A program made the translations under genes and the position numbers. Positions 1 to 11,154 of a stretch of DNA of 64,000 nt are shown here, one piece after another. Numbering within the stretch: position 1 is the stretch's first letter; every line of letters starts with the position of its first letter. Origin of the DNA: Chiloscyllium plagiosum (lineage: Eukaryota); assembly GCF_004010195.1 (NCBI RefSeq), contig NC_057751.1:3783866-3847865 (forward strand), written 5' to 3'. The notes under the pieces are model-generated. The model was not told where the DNA came from and did no database searches. It saw nothing but the letters and a program-made list of their open reading frames with translations.

Positions 1-121
1 GCAGGATTTGCTTCTTCTCTGTCCACTTGTCTGTGCCTGGTTATCCAGCGATATGAAGTGTGCGGGGACAAGCAGTGGACTTGATGTTGTTGTTCTGTTC
101 GCCGAGCTGGAAGTTTTTGTT

Positions 122-161
122 GGAAACGTTTCGTCCCCTGGCTAGGCGGCATCATCAGTGC
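122..161 (-). ncRNA. minimal type I hammerhead ribozyme motif
   Basis: Reverse complement reads GCA-CTGATGA-TGCCGCCTAGCCAGGGGAC-GAAA-CGTT-TCC; palindromic ACGT stem III; stem I and stem II each carry a substitution. Confidence 0.6.
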
Positions 162-265
162 TTGGGAGCCTCCTGCGAAGCGCTTCTTTGATCGGAAGCG
201 GCAGGGACAGACCACTATAAACACCGGAGGAAACATCAAAGAAGCGCTTCGCAGGAGGCTCCCAA

Positions 266-305
266 GCACTGATGATGTCGCCTAGCCAGGGGACGAAATG
301 TTTGC
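266..305 (+). ncRNA. minimal type I hammerhead ribozyme motif
   Basis: GCA-CTGATGA-T-GTCGCCTAGCCAGGGGAC-GAAA-TGTT-TGC; stem I GCA/TGC, stem II GTC..GAC, CpG-decayed stem III. Confidence 0.65.
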
Positions 306-1334
306 AACAAAAACTTCCAGCTCGGCGAACAGAACCACAGCAACGAGCACCCGAGCTACAAATCTTCGCACAAACTTTGAATAACTGTAAGTTTCAACGT
401 AATTGTGGAAAGGGATAAGGATAGTGCAGAAGTTATAAGTCTGAGTTAGGAGGATGCCAATTTCATTATCATTAGACAGAATCTGGCAAGCAATTTGCAG
501 AAAAGTCTACATTTGGAAAATGGGAGTCTTTTACATGTACTACAATGGGAGTTCAGGATCAGTTTGTTCCTCTCAGAATGCAGGGCAAGGGCATAAAGTT
601 GAGTGAACTGGGGATGTCAAGGGATAACAAGAATTTGAGAAAGAAAATGAAGGAAGCATACATTAAGTACAGAGCATTACAAAACAGGGAAGCCCTTCAT
701 AAGTCAAGAAAGCGGAGGGAGAGCGATTAAAAAAGAAATTGGAGAGGCCATAAAATATCTTTGACGGATGGGATTAAGGAAAAGCCAAAGACATTTTGTA
801 AGAATATTAACAGAAAGAGGATTACCAGAAAGAGTGGAGCCTATTAAAGACCAGAGGGGCAATCTATTTGTGGATCCAGAGGACAGAGGTGAGATCTTAA
901 ATGAATATTTCTCATCTGGATGCACAGAGGAGAAATACACTGCAGTGGCAATTTGACTTAGAATGGTGATATTCTGGAACAGGTTATGATTAATAAGGAG
1001 TAGATATGAGATGCTTTAGTGGGCATGAAGGTGCATAAATCCATTGGGCCAGAACAAATGCATCCCAGGCTGTTTTGGAGACAAAAGAGGAGATTGCTGG
1101 GAACCTGGCAGAGATACTTAAGACTTCAATGGCCGCAGGTGAAGTGCCAGATGATTGAACAACTACTAATTTGGTTTCTTTGTTTCAGAACGGCATCAAG
1201 GAAAGGCCAGGTAATCCCAGACTAGTTAGTCTGATGTCAGTGGTTGGGAAATTATTGATAAAAATTCTGAGGGAGAGGAAGGGAAATCTGAGCTGATTGA
1301 TTTGAGTTTTTGAAATGGCAACTGCATATACAAG

Positions 1335-1668
1335 AATCATAGAATCACCTATAGTGTGGAATCACGGCGTACGGCCCACTGAGTCTATCCTGACTTTCCA
1401 AACAACATTCCACCTTAACTTATCCTCTTACCCCATTGCTGTTACCCTGCATTTCCCATGGCTAATGGACCTCGCATACATATCCCAGGAAAAAATGGGC
1501 AATTCAGCAAGGCCAATCCACCAATCCATCTTTGGACTGTGGGAGGAAACCACACTACCCGGAGGCAGACAAAAGGACAGTGTGCAAATCTGCCGAAGGG
1601 TGGAATCGAATCCAGGTCCCTGGTGCTGTGAGGTAGCAGTGCTAACCACTGAGTCACCATGCCACCCC
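1335..1668 (-). mobile_element. HE1-type tRNA-derived SINE
   Basis: Minus strand starts GGGGTGGCATGGTGACTCAGTGGTTAGCAC (A box), has GGATTCGATTCC (B box), a V-SINE-like core (GTGGTTTCCTCCCACAGTCCAAAGATG) and a TTCTATGATT tail like the CR1/HER1 3' end. Confidence 0.9.
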
Positions 1669-1706
1669 ATTGATGGGGACAGTGTAGTTGATGTGTTTTA
1701 AAAGAT

Positions 1707-2342
1707 TGTGACGATGTTGCTCCTTTGACAAGGTTATTATGTCCTTTTTTTCTGAGAAGGGTCGTAAACACAGAAATTCCGATGTGTTTGGTTTGGATGG
1801 GTTTTAAGGCCAATTTGAGCATGGCTAACAGATACTGCCTCAGGAAAAAGCCTTTCAAGTTTAAAAAAAAACACTTGTACAATGAAAGGGGGGTGACCAG
1901 TTCTCCCAGCTCAGCTTTTCTCTGGTTTGGTTTGGTTTGATTTTAGCAAGCAGTCAGTTTTTTGAGGCTACTGGTCAAAGAAATAGCACTATGCTGATCT
2001 TCTCTCTCTAACATCTCTCCTGTAAGAAGAGTTTGATTTTTACCTTTATTGCCAAGGGGGTGTTTGTGGGCATGTTGCAAGTATTTGGAACAGCATCATT
2101 AATTTGCGCTAGAGTCGAGTGGGTTTTTAAATAGTTAAATTATTCTACATCCTGTTGTCTTTTGTTTGTGTTTCATTCAGTAATCTTGAAAATAAATTCT
2201 GTTTTGTTTTAAATTAAGTGATTGGCCCAGCTGCTTCTTTCCTGGAATATCTACTTTACACCTATTTAAAACAACTAGCAAAGTTCAGATTCAGGCTACT
2301 TTCTTGAAATTCTATGAGGGGGGTCTGGCCTAGTCCATAACA
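1707..2342 (+). mobile_element. solo LTR (Gypsy-like) inserted in CR1 RT
   Basis: TGTGACGA...CCATAACA termini, 4-bp TSD AGAT/AGAC, AATAAA at ~2191; splits the host DV..DFSK..DKVPH motif. Confidence 0.8.
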
Positions 2343-3943
2343 AGACATTCAGCAAGACCTCTGACAAGGTCCCACATGGAAAGCTGGTCCAAAAGGTAAG
2401 AGACCATAGGACCCAATGGAAGTTGGCAAAATGCACCCAAAACTAGCTTACAAATAGAGGCAACGGGAGATGGTGGAAGGATGTTTTCAAATTGGAAGCC
2501 TGTCACCAGACGTGTACCACAGGGATTAGTGCAGGGGCCTTTGCTGTTTGTTATATACATTAACAATTTGGATATGAATGTGGAAGATATAATTAGGAAG
2601 AGTGAAGACTACTCAAAAATTGGTTTTCATTGATAGTGAGGCTGTCAATGATACAGTCTATTATGCAGAGCTAATAAGTTGGATAGAGCAATTGCAGATG
2701 GAATTTAATCCTGGTAAGTGTGATGTATCACATTTTGAGAGGTCCATTAAGGGAAGATTATACACAATGAGGGAGTAGTATGGAAAAAAAGGACCTCTGT
2801 GGTCAAGTCCACTGATCCCTGAAGGTGTCAACCCAGGTAGAAAGTGATGAAGAAGGCATGCAAGATGCTTTCCTTCACTGGCCAGAGCACAGAACATAGC
2901 TGCTTCGAATTTATAAAGCATTGTTTAGGTCATAGATGGAATACTGTGTTCAGGTCTCATCACCACAGTATCAGAAGGATGTATTTGCACTGGAGGGGAT
3001 GCAAAGGAGATTCGCCAGGGTGCTATTTGGGATGGAAAGTCTGCCTGATCAGAAGAGACCAAATAGGCTGGGTTTATCTTTCTCCAGAGGCCGAGAGGGA
3101 TCTGACTGAAGGAGACAAAATTATAAGAGGCACAGGTAGGTTGGATCGTATTAATCATTTCCCCATGGCAGGCATGTTTAAGACCAGAGTGCGTAGGTTT
3201 AAGCTTAGGAATAAATGGTTTGGAAGGAATCGGAAGAATATATTTTTCACCCAAAAGGTGGTAGAAATATGGAACCAACTGCTTGAGAGTGTGGTGGAGG
3301 CAGGTAGTCTCTCAAAATTTAAGGAGCATCTGGCCGAGCACCTAAAATGCCAGGGCACAAAAGACTAGAGCCCTGCTGCAGGTAAATGGGATTGATGTAA
3401 TTTGGTGTTTGTTGGTCAGCATAGACGTGATGGACAGAGGACCTATTTCGATACTGTATGATTCTCCAGTGAACAGACGGACACATATAAGAAGAATTCA
3501 AGTCCAAATAATTGAGCTGGTGAGGAAAGAAGGCTTCTAAACTACCAGCATTGCAAGTATTGTATTTCCAGTATTGGTTCAATGAAACAAAAGCAAAAGG
3601 CTATGAAGGCCCAAGTAAAATTGGTATAATATCCGTCAATTGAAAAAAAATGATAATTTGTCTGTGACAAACTCTGTTATCTGCTGCTGTGAACATGTTA
3701 ACTCCAGTTGTGAAAGCAAACAATGAAACTGTTTCCAGAATACCAAGTGAAATATGATGCATACTTTCAGTAAAAATAAGCCTGAGTTAGAATTTAAAAG
3801 CACCTAATATTCTTCTCCAGATGATACCTCATTAACATGTAAACTTAGTTTTCAGTGATTCACCATACTTCATAGCAAACAAATATTAATTTTCTTAAAT
3901 TACAGCCAACAGTGTTTGTCAAATGCCCTGTATCAAATTCATT

Positions 3944-4028
3944 TAGACAATAGGTGCAGGAGTAGGCCATTCTGCCCTTCGAGCCTGCACCACCATTCAT
4001 TATTATCATGACTGATCATCCTCAATCA
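3944..4028 (-). mobile_element. short 5'-truncated CR1 3' tail, continued at 7796-7812
   Basis: Matches 43348-43450 closely; the sequence resumes exactly after the 4029-7790 block. Confidence 0.85.
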
Positions 4029-4932
4029 ACCTGCTGGGCAGGTGATGTGCTGTAGCTGTATGATGTGGGAGCTGGCTGATCCCATTGTGAATAGCAGTGA
4101 CCACATGTGCAGCAAGTGTTGGTTGCTCGAAGAACTCCAGATCAGAGTTGATGATCTGGAATCTGAGTTTCAAACACTGCGGCACATCCGGGAGGGGGAG
4201 AGTTACCTGGACGCTTTGTTTCAGGAGGCAGTCACACCTGGGAGATTAAGTAATTCACATTCAGTCAGTGATCAGGGACATCCGAGTGTGACTGTAAGTG
4301 AGACAGGCAGAGGGAACTTGAGTTCAGAAGTGCAGGAGCCTCAGCCTTGTCCAACAGGTATGAGAATCTTGCTCCCGATATGGATGAGGAAAAGGGCTCT
4401 GGACAGGATGAGTCAGCTGACCACAGCACCATGGTGCAGAAGGCCATTCAAGAGGGGGGAGCAAAAAGACAAGTAGTTGTTATAGGGGATTCTATAATTA
4501 GGGGGACAGATAGTATCCGATGCAAGCCGGATCGGGAGTCTCGTTTGGTGTGTTGCCTGCCCGGTGCCAGAGTGTGGGACATCTCTGACCGGCTTGAAAG
4601 GATATTGGAGCGGGAGGGGGAGGATCCAGTTGTTGTGGTCCACGTTGGGACTAACAACATAGGCAAAGCTAGGGTGGAGGACCTGTTTGGGAATTATCAA
4701 GCACAAGGAAGGAAATTGAAGTACAGGTCCTCAAGGGTCATAATCTCCGGATTACTGCTCGAGCCACGTGCCAATTGGCATAGGGAGAAGAAAATTAGGG
4801 AAGTAAACACGTGGCTAAGGGACTGGTGTGGGGAAGAGGAATTCCATTTCATGGGGCATTGGCATCAGTTTTGGAACCGGGGGCGGGGGGATCTGTACCG
4901 TTGGGACGGTCTCCACCTGAACCGATCTGGTA
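4029..4932 (+). pseudogene. CR1 ORF1 fragment (zinc finger/coiled coil plus SGNH esterase)
   Basis: CCSCMMWE..CSKCWLLEEL, then VIGDSIIRG, CLPGARV, VHVGTNNIG, WDGLHLN; frameshift near 4347. Confidence 0.9.
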
Positions 4933-5140
4933 CTCCGACCTATCACCCTCCCCTTGACCTCTTTCCACCTATCCCATTTCCCACGCCCCTCCTCCAAGTC
5001 CCTCCTCCCTACCTTTTATCTTCTCCTGCTGAACGCTCTCTGCTCATTCCTGAAGTAGGGCCTGTGCCCGAAACGTCGAATCTCCTGTTTCCTGGATGCT
5101 GCCTGACCTGCTGTGCTGTTCCAGCAATAAAGTTTCAACA
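4933..5140 (+). mobile_element. Penelope-like element 3' terminus (family A) with HHR motif at 5046-5081
   Basis: ATTC-CTGAAGTA-GGGC CTGT GCCC-GAAA-CGTC-GAAT followed by GGATGCTGCCTGACCTGCTG and AATAAA; one core substitution. Confidence 0.8.
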
Positions 5141-5406
5141 ACTGATGGAATACTCTCCACTTGTCTGGATGAGCGGAGCTCCAAAAACACTCAGGATGCT
5201 TGGCATAATCCAGGTCGAAGCAGCACACATGACTGCAAAAACATCTGCAAAAATTCATTCCCTCCACCAATACTACTCAGTAGCAGCACTATGTACTAGG
5301 GGATTTTTTTTCCCAAAAGTTGGAACAATAGAAGCAGCTCAACAATTCCTTTTAGAGGTCATCTCGGAATGGAAATAAATGCTAATGTCCCATGAATGAA
5401 TAAATA
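5141..5406 (+). mobile_element. old CR1/L2-group LINE 3' fragment
   Basis: MEYSPLVWMS motif and a CCCATGAATGAATAAA tail; homologous to 8631-9985. Confidence 0.7.
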
Positions 5407-5607
5407 AGGTTTAATCTATTTATTTCTTTGTACATGATTGACACTGAATTCACCTTGCCAGCTTTACTTGTTCCAGTCATGAAGCTGCAAGATTCACAAT
5501 CCTTCAATGTGATGAGCTTGGAATGCATATAGTTGTTTGTCCTGCCAACTGACATTTATAATGTTTCCCTGGCTGTTACATCCTCACACTTTCAACAACT
5601 TGCCTTT

Positions 5608-7790
5608 ACAGTTAAATAAAGGTAATTATGAGGGCATGAGAGAGGAACTGACGAAAATCGACTGGAAGCAGAGCCTAGCGGGGAAGACAGTAGAGCAAAA
5701 ATGGCAGGGGTTTGTGGGTATAATTGAGGACACAGTACAGAGGTTCATCCCCAAGAAAAGAAAGATTATCCGGGGAGGGATTAGACAGCCATAGCTGACA
5801 AAGGAAGTCAGGAAATGTATCAAAGAAAAAGAGAGATCCTATAAAGTGGCCAAGAGCACTGGGAAATCAGAAGATTGGGAAGGCTACAAAAACAAACAGA
5901 GGATAACCAAGAGAGAAATAAGGAAGGAGAGGATCAAATATGAAGGCAGGCGAGCTAGTAATATTTGAAATGATAGTAAAGGTTTCTTTTAATACATAAG
6001 AAACAAACGACAGGCAAAAGTAGACATTGGGCCACTTCAAACTGATGCTGGAAGGCTAGTGATGGGAGATAAGGAAATAGCTGGAGAACTTCATAAGTAC
6101 TTTGCGTCAGTCTTCACAGTGGAAGACATGAGTAATATCCCAACAATTAAAGGGAGTCAGGGGGCTGAGTTAAGTATGGTTGCCATTACAAAAGAGATAG
6201 TGCTAGAAAAGCTAAAAGGTCTTAAAATTGACAAAGCTCCTGGCCCCAATGGGCTACTTCCTAGAGTTCTGAGGAAATAGCGGAGGCATTGGTGGAGATC
6301 TTTCAAAAGTCACTGGAGTCAGGGAAAGTCCCGGATGATTGGAAGACCGCTGTTGTAACCACATTGTTCAAGAAAGGATCAAGACAAAAGATGGAAAATT
6401 GTACGCAAATGAGCCTAACCTCGGTTGTTGGTAAAATTCTAGAATCCATCGTTAAGGATGAGGTTTCTAAATTCTTGGAAGAGCAGGGTCGGATTAGAAC
6501 AAGTCAATATGGATTTCGTAAGGGGAGGTCGTGCCTGACAAACCTGTTAGAATTCTTTGAAGAGGTGACAAGTAGGTTAGACCAGGGAAACCCAGTGGAT
6601 GTGGTCTACCGAGACTTCCAAAAGGCCTTTGATAAGGTGCCACATGGGAGGCTGCTGAGTAAGGTGAGGGCCCAGGGTGTTCGAGGTGAGCTACTGGCAT
6701 GGATTAAGGATTGGCTGTCTGACAGAAGGCAGAGAGTTGGGATAAGCGGTTCTTTTCGGAATGGCAGCCGGTGACAAGCGGTGTCCCGCAGGGTTCAGTG
6801 TTGGCCCGCAGCTGTTCACGTTATATATTAATGATTTGGATGAAGGGACTGGGGGCATTATAGCGAAGTTTGCCGATGATACGAAGATAGGTGGACAGGC
6901 AGGTAGTACTGAGGATGCGGGGAGGCTGCAGAAGGATCTAGACAGTTTGGGAGAGTGGTCCAGAAAATGGCTGATGAAGTTCAATGTGAGCAAATGTGAG
7001 GTCTTGCACTTTGGAAAAAAGAATACAAGCATGGACCATTTCTAAACGGTGAGAAAATTCATAAAGCCAAAGTACAAAGGGATCTGGGAGTGCTCGTCGA
7101 GGATTCTCTAAAGGTAAAAATGCAGGTTGAATCTGTGATTAAGAAAGCGAATGCAATGTTGTCATTTATCTCAAGAGGGTTGGAATATAAAAGCAGAGAT
7201 GTGCTACTGAGACTTTATAAAGCTCTGGTTAGGCCCCATTTGGAGTACTGTGTCCAGTTTTGGGCCCCACACCTCAGGAGGGACATACTGGCACTGGAGC
7301 GTGTCCAGCGGAGATTCACACGGATGATCCCTGGAATAGTAGGTCTAACATACGAGGAACACCTGAGGATTCTGGGATTGTACTCATTGGAGTTTAGAAG
7401 GTTAAAGGGAAATCTAATAGAAACTTACAAGATAATACATGGCTTGGAAAGGATGGATGCTAAGAAATTGTTTCCGTTAGGCAGGGAGACTAGAACCCGT
7501 GGGCACAGCCTTAAAATTAGAGGGGGTCCATTCAGAACAGAAATGTGGAGACATTTCTTCAGCCAGAGAGTAGTGGGCCTGTGAAATTCATTGCCGCGGA
7601 GTGCAGTGGAGGCCAGGACGCTAAATGTCTTCAAGGCAGAGATTGATAAATTCTTGATGTCACAAGGAATTAAGGGCCATGGGGAGAATGCGGGTAAGTG
7701 GAGTTGAAATGCCCATCAGCCATGATTAAATGGTGGAGTGGACTCGATGGGCCGAATGGCCTTACTTCCACTCCTATGTCTTATGGTCTT
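5608..7790 (+). mobile_element. young CR1 LINE ORF2 3' half (RT) with stops and frameshifts
   Basis: GRSCLTNLLEFFE, DFQKAFDKVPH, KFADDTK, LVRPHLEYCVQFW; tail CCTATGTCTTATGGTCTT. Confidence 0.95.
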
Positions 7791-8630
7791 AATCAGTATC
7801 CTGTTCCTGCTTCATGCATTTTACCTCATGCATACTTGTTAAAGTACCAGATCATAGCAAACCAACAACTTTCACTTTTGAAGTTTGCAAACAGTACAGA
7901 TGTCCAGTTTCATGGTTGTTGGCATTCCTCTTGAAGCTCACCATTTTTATCCAATTCTAAGCAATTTTTTTCCACCTAACATTTGAACCTTTCTTTTCCC
8001 TTAACATTTGCCAATATACTGGATTGGTGTTATCGGCATTTCCTGTTTTCATCTGAGAAGGGAAATGGTTAAAATAATTGATCACCCTTCCCCTCCTAAT
8101 AAAAAGGAAGGCAACATCACAAAGTTGCTGCTACAAAGTCACAGACTACCTCAGACATCAATACTGTTTTGCCACTCAACTGTCAACAGTACATAGTTAT
8201 GCCAGTGCAAGTCTCCCCTTCGGTCTGATTTCACTTGGCTTGCACACTCACCGCAGTTTTCTTTTCTATATTTTACAATATTTCTTTTATAGACAGCTTT
8301 AAGCATTCCTTATTTTGAGGAGAAGGGATATTCTGACAATATGAAGTCTGCTTTCTCTGTCTCCACAATAGATGCCTGACCTGTTGAATATTTCCTCACT
8401 GCATTTTCAGTTTTCATTTCAGAATTTCACAATTCTTGCTCCTTACTATATGTTGGAGCTGAGTTTATTTTCTAAACTGTGAGTTGTGATCAAGAACTCA
8501 CTGGCTGAAAGAGCCTTAGAATCAGAGTCAGCAGTAACTTTGAAAAGCGAAATGGAAATATTCCTTCAAAGTAATATATTTGCAAGATTATATTGTGGGA
8601 CAGTTTTTTAAAAGTATCCATGTCTGCAAT

Positions 8631-9985
8631 TTTTTTTTCTTATTCACTCATGGGATATAAGCTTTGCTGGCTGTACAGCATTTATTGCCCATCTGTAGTT
8701 ACCATTGAGAAGGTGACGTTGAGTTGCCTTCTCAATCCACATGCTTTGTGTTGACCCACAATACCCTTAGGGAGGGAATTCCACTTTGACCTAGTCATAG
8801 CAAAGGAATGGCAATATATTTCCAAGTCAGGATGTGAGCAGCTTAAGGAGAACTTGCAGATGGTAGTGTTCTCATGTATCTGCTGCACTTGACCTTCCAT
8901 TTCAAGTGGTTGTAGGTTTAGAAGTTGCTGATTAAGAGTTTTGGTGAATTTCTGCAGTGCATTTTGTGGATAACACATTACTGAGCATCAGTGGTGGATT
9001 CTTGAATGTAGCTGGCGATGCACCCATCCAGGCAAGTGTGGAGTATTCCATCACACTCCTGACTTGTGCCTTGTCGGCACTGGACGGGCTTTGTGGAGTC
9101 AAGCAGAGAGTTGCTCGCTGCAGCATTCCTAATCTCTGACCTCCTCTTATAATCACTGTGTTTATGTGATGAGTCCAGTTGAGATTTTGGTCAAGGGTAA
9201 CCCTCAGCACGTTGACAGTGGGGGATTTAATTATGGAAACACAATTGAATATCAAGGTTTGGTAATTCAGTTGTCTCTTACTGAAGATTTGAACTTGTAA
9301 GGCGCAAGCGTTCCTTGCTACTTGTCAGTCCAAACCTGAATACGAGATCTTGTTGAATTTGAACATTGAACATACAAATTAAAAGTACTGGGTGTCTTCA
9401 GTCTCGAAGGAATTGCAAATGGTGCCGAACATTGTGCAATCATTGCTGAACATCCCCATTTCTGACTGTATGACAGAGGAAAGGTCATCGATGAAACAGC
9501 TGTAAGTGGTTAGGCCAAGAACACTATCCTAAGTAACTCCTGCAGAGATGTCCTGGAGCTAAGAAGACTGCCCTCCAACAACCACAAACATTTTCTTTTG
9601 TGCCAGGTGTGATTCCAACCAGCAGAGAGTTTGCCTCTGATTTTCATTAAGACCTGTTTTGCTAGGGCTGCTTGCTGCCACCCTTGGGTGAATGCAGCCT
9701 TGATGTCGAGGGTTGTTACTGTCAGCTCACCTCTCGAATTCAGCTCTTTTGTCCATGTTTGAACCAAGGCAAAAATGAGGTCAGATGTTGATTGGCCTTG
9801 ATATAACCCAAAGTAAGTATCACTGAGCAGGTTATTGCTGAACAAATGCTGCTTGATGGCACTGTTGATGACAGTTTCCATCAGTTAATTGAGGATTGAA
9901 AGCAGACAGATAGGGCAGTAATGGGCCAAATTGGATTTGTCCTGCTTTGTGTGTACAGGACATAATTGGGCAATTTTCCACATTT
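8631..9985 (-). mobile_element. CR1/L2-group LINE (lineage distinct from the HER1-like copies), RT to 3' end
   Basis: LVQTWTKELNSRGE..LDIKAAF, LGVT.DQ.LNWT.HI-like, KAQVRSVMEYS.LAW; tail GGGCAATAAATGCT...CCCATGAGTGAATAAG(A)n. Confidence 0.85.
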
Positions 9986-10140
9986 GGAGAAAGTGAGGAC
10001 TGCTGATGCTGGAGGTCAGCGTTGAAAAGCATAGCAGGTCAGGCAGCATCTGAGGAGCAGGAGAATTGACGTTTCAGGCATAAACCCTTCATCAGATAGG
10101 GGAGGGTGGTGTATGGGGATGGGGCTGGGGAGAAAGTAGT
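9986..10140 (-). mobile_element. Penelope-like terminus (family A) with HHR motif at ~10064-10097
   Basis: Reverse complement has CTGATGA-AGGGTTTATGCCT-GAAACGTC; shares the AAAGTGAGGACTGC.GATGCTGGAG end with 29861 and 39455. Confidence 0.8.
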
Positions 10141-10159
10141 CTTCTTGACCAAGTATCAA

Positions 10160-10272
10160 TTCTAACAAAGGATGACTGTACTTCAAACATTCACAGTCTT
10201 TCTCTCTGCAGATGCTGCCAGGCTTTGAGTTTCTCCAGCACTTTTGTTTTCGTTTCAGATTTCTAGCATCTT
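10160..10272 (+). mobile_element. decayed Penelope-like terminus
   Basis: CTCTGCAGATGCTGCC...CTCCAGCAC...TCAGATTTCTAGCATCT resembles the family A tail; HHR eroded. A similar relic lies at ~8345-8430. Confidence 0.5.
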
Positions 10273-10440
10273 AGTTTTTATCATTTGCACCAACAAAGAA
10301 TCTTCTTCGAAGTTCATAAGATATAGGAACATAATTAGACCATTCAGTGCAGCGAGTCTGCTCCGCTATCCAATCATGGCTGATACTTGACGCAATGTGA
10401 CTGCAACTATTTATCTCAGTGCCACCATGGTCATATCTAG

Positions 10441-11154
10441 TGTTATGACACGGGGTAAACCCTCCTCCTTAATTTAAACCAGCAACACATAAAAAGATTT
10501 ATCCCATGCAGTAATCCGTGAAAATTCGAGAGGCAAAGAACTATTTAAAGTAAAAATTAACCACTTTATTTCTTTAAGTATAACAGAGAATAATTCACGA
10601 ACAACTATTTCCTACTCCTTCCTCTAACCTATCTTTTACTTTCCTTTCTATAATACCAGTCTGATTAAACCCCCAATTAAAATTAACTAAATAATTCAAA
10701 TTTTAAAACCAGCCAGTTGTCGAATCTTCTCTTTGCAGATTTGATCTCCAGGTTGGTTTCGATGTTTTTCTCTGTGCAAACTCCTTCCCTAGGCAGGTAC
10801 CTCTCAGACAGTTCTGACTAGCAGTCTCCATCTGTTGATCTTTTGGCAGTTCTCTCCCAAACTGTTCAATTTTTCCCACTCCCCAAAGCATCGGATTGTG
10901 TCATTGGCTTTTAATATTATCAACATACTAAATTCAAACTTGATTGGAGTTTGGTATTTTTTTGGGGTGTAATTTAAATGGATTGGCCTCATTCAAATTT
11001 GTTTTTTTGTCTCCAGGCAACCAGCTACACTCGCTGCTTTGACCAAGTGTTACATTGTTACCTTATTCAGAACACTTTGTGTTGTGACAGGTAGTTCTGC
11101 TATCTTTTAACTCCCTTAAAGGTACAGTATACCCATACCCACATCTTCATAACA
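10441..11154 (-). mobile_element. solo LTR
   Basis: 8-bp terminal inverted repeat TGTTATGA/TCATAACA, TSD CTAG/CTCG, minus-strand AATAAA near 10565; homologous to 16382-17142. Confidence 0.85.

Larger units (their letters stand above)
86..381. mobile_element. Penelope-like element terminus (family B) with inverted pLTR arms 86-192 / 235-344
   Basis: About 107-nt near-perfect inverted repeat; each arm carries a hammerhead-type core (CTGATGA...GAAAC/TGTT). Inverted partial termini are typical of PLEs. Confidence 0.75.
382..3465 (+). mobile_element. decayed CR1 LINE ORF2 (post-endonuclease region to 3' end), interrupted by a SINE and a solo LTR
   Basis: Frameshifted ORFs with CR1 motifs: GEILNEYFSS, DKVPH-like at ~2360-2380, VPQG, IFFTQKVVEIWNQL. 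Confidence 0.85.

Noticed and set aside
1600..1668. tRNA gene
   Set aside because: The A and B boxes belong to the SINE head; no acceptor stem or terminator is visible and the sequence continues into the SINE body.
4347..5378. 343-aa ORF as a novel esterase fusion gene
   Set aside because: It is CR1 ORF1 reading by chance through the PLE and L2-like fragments; the C-terminal part is junction read-through.
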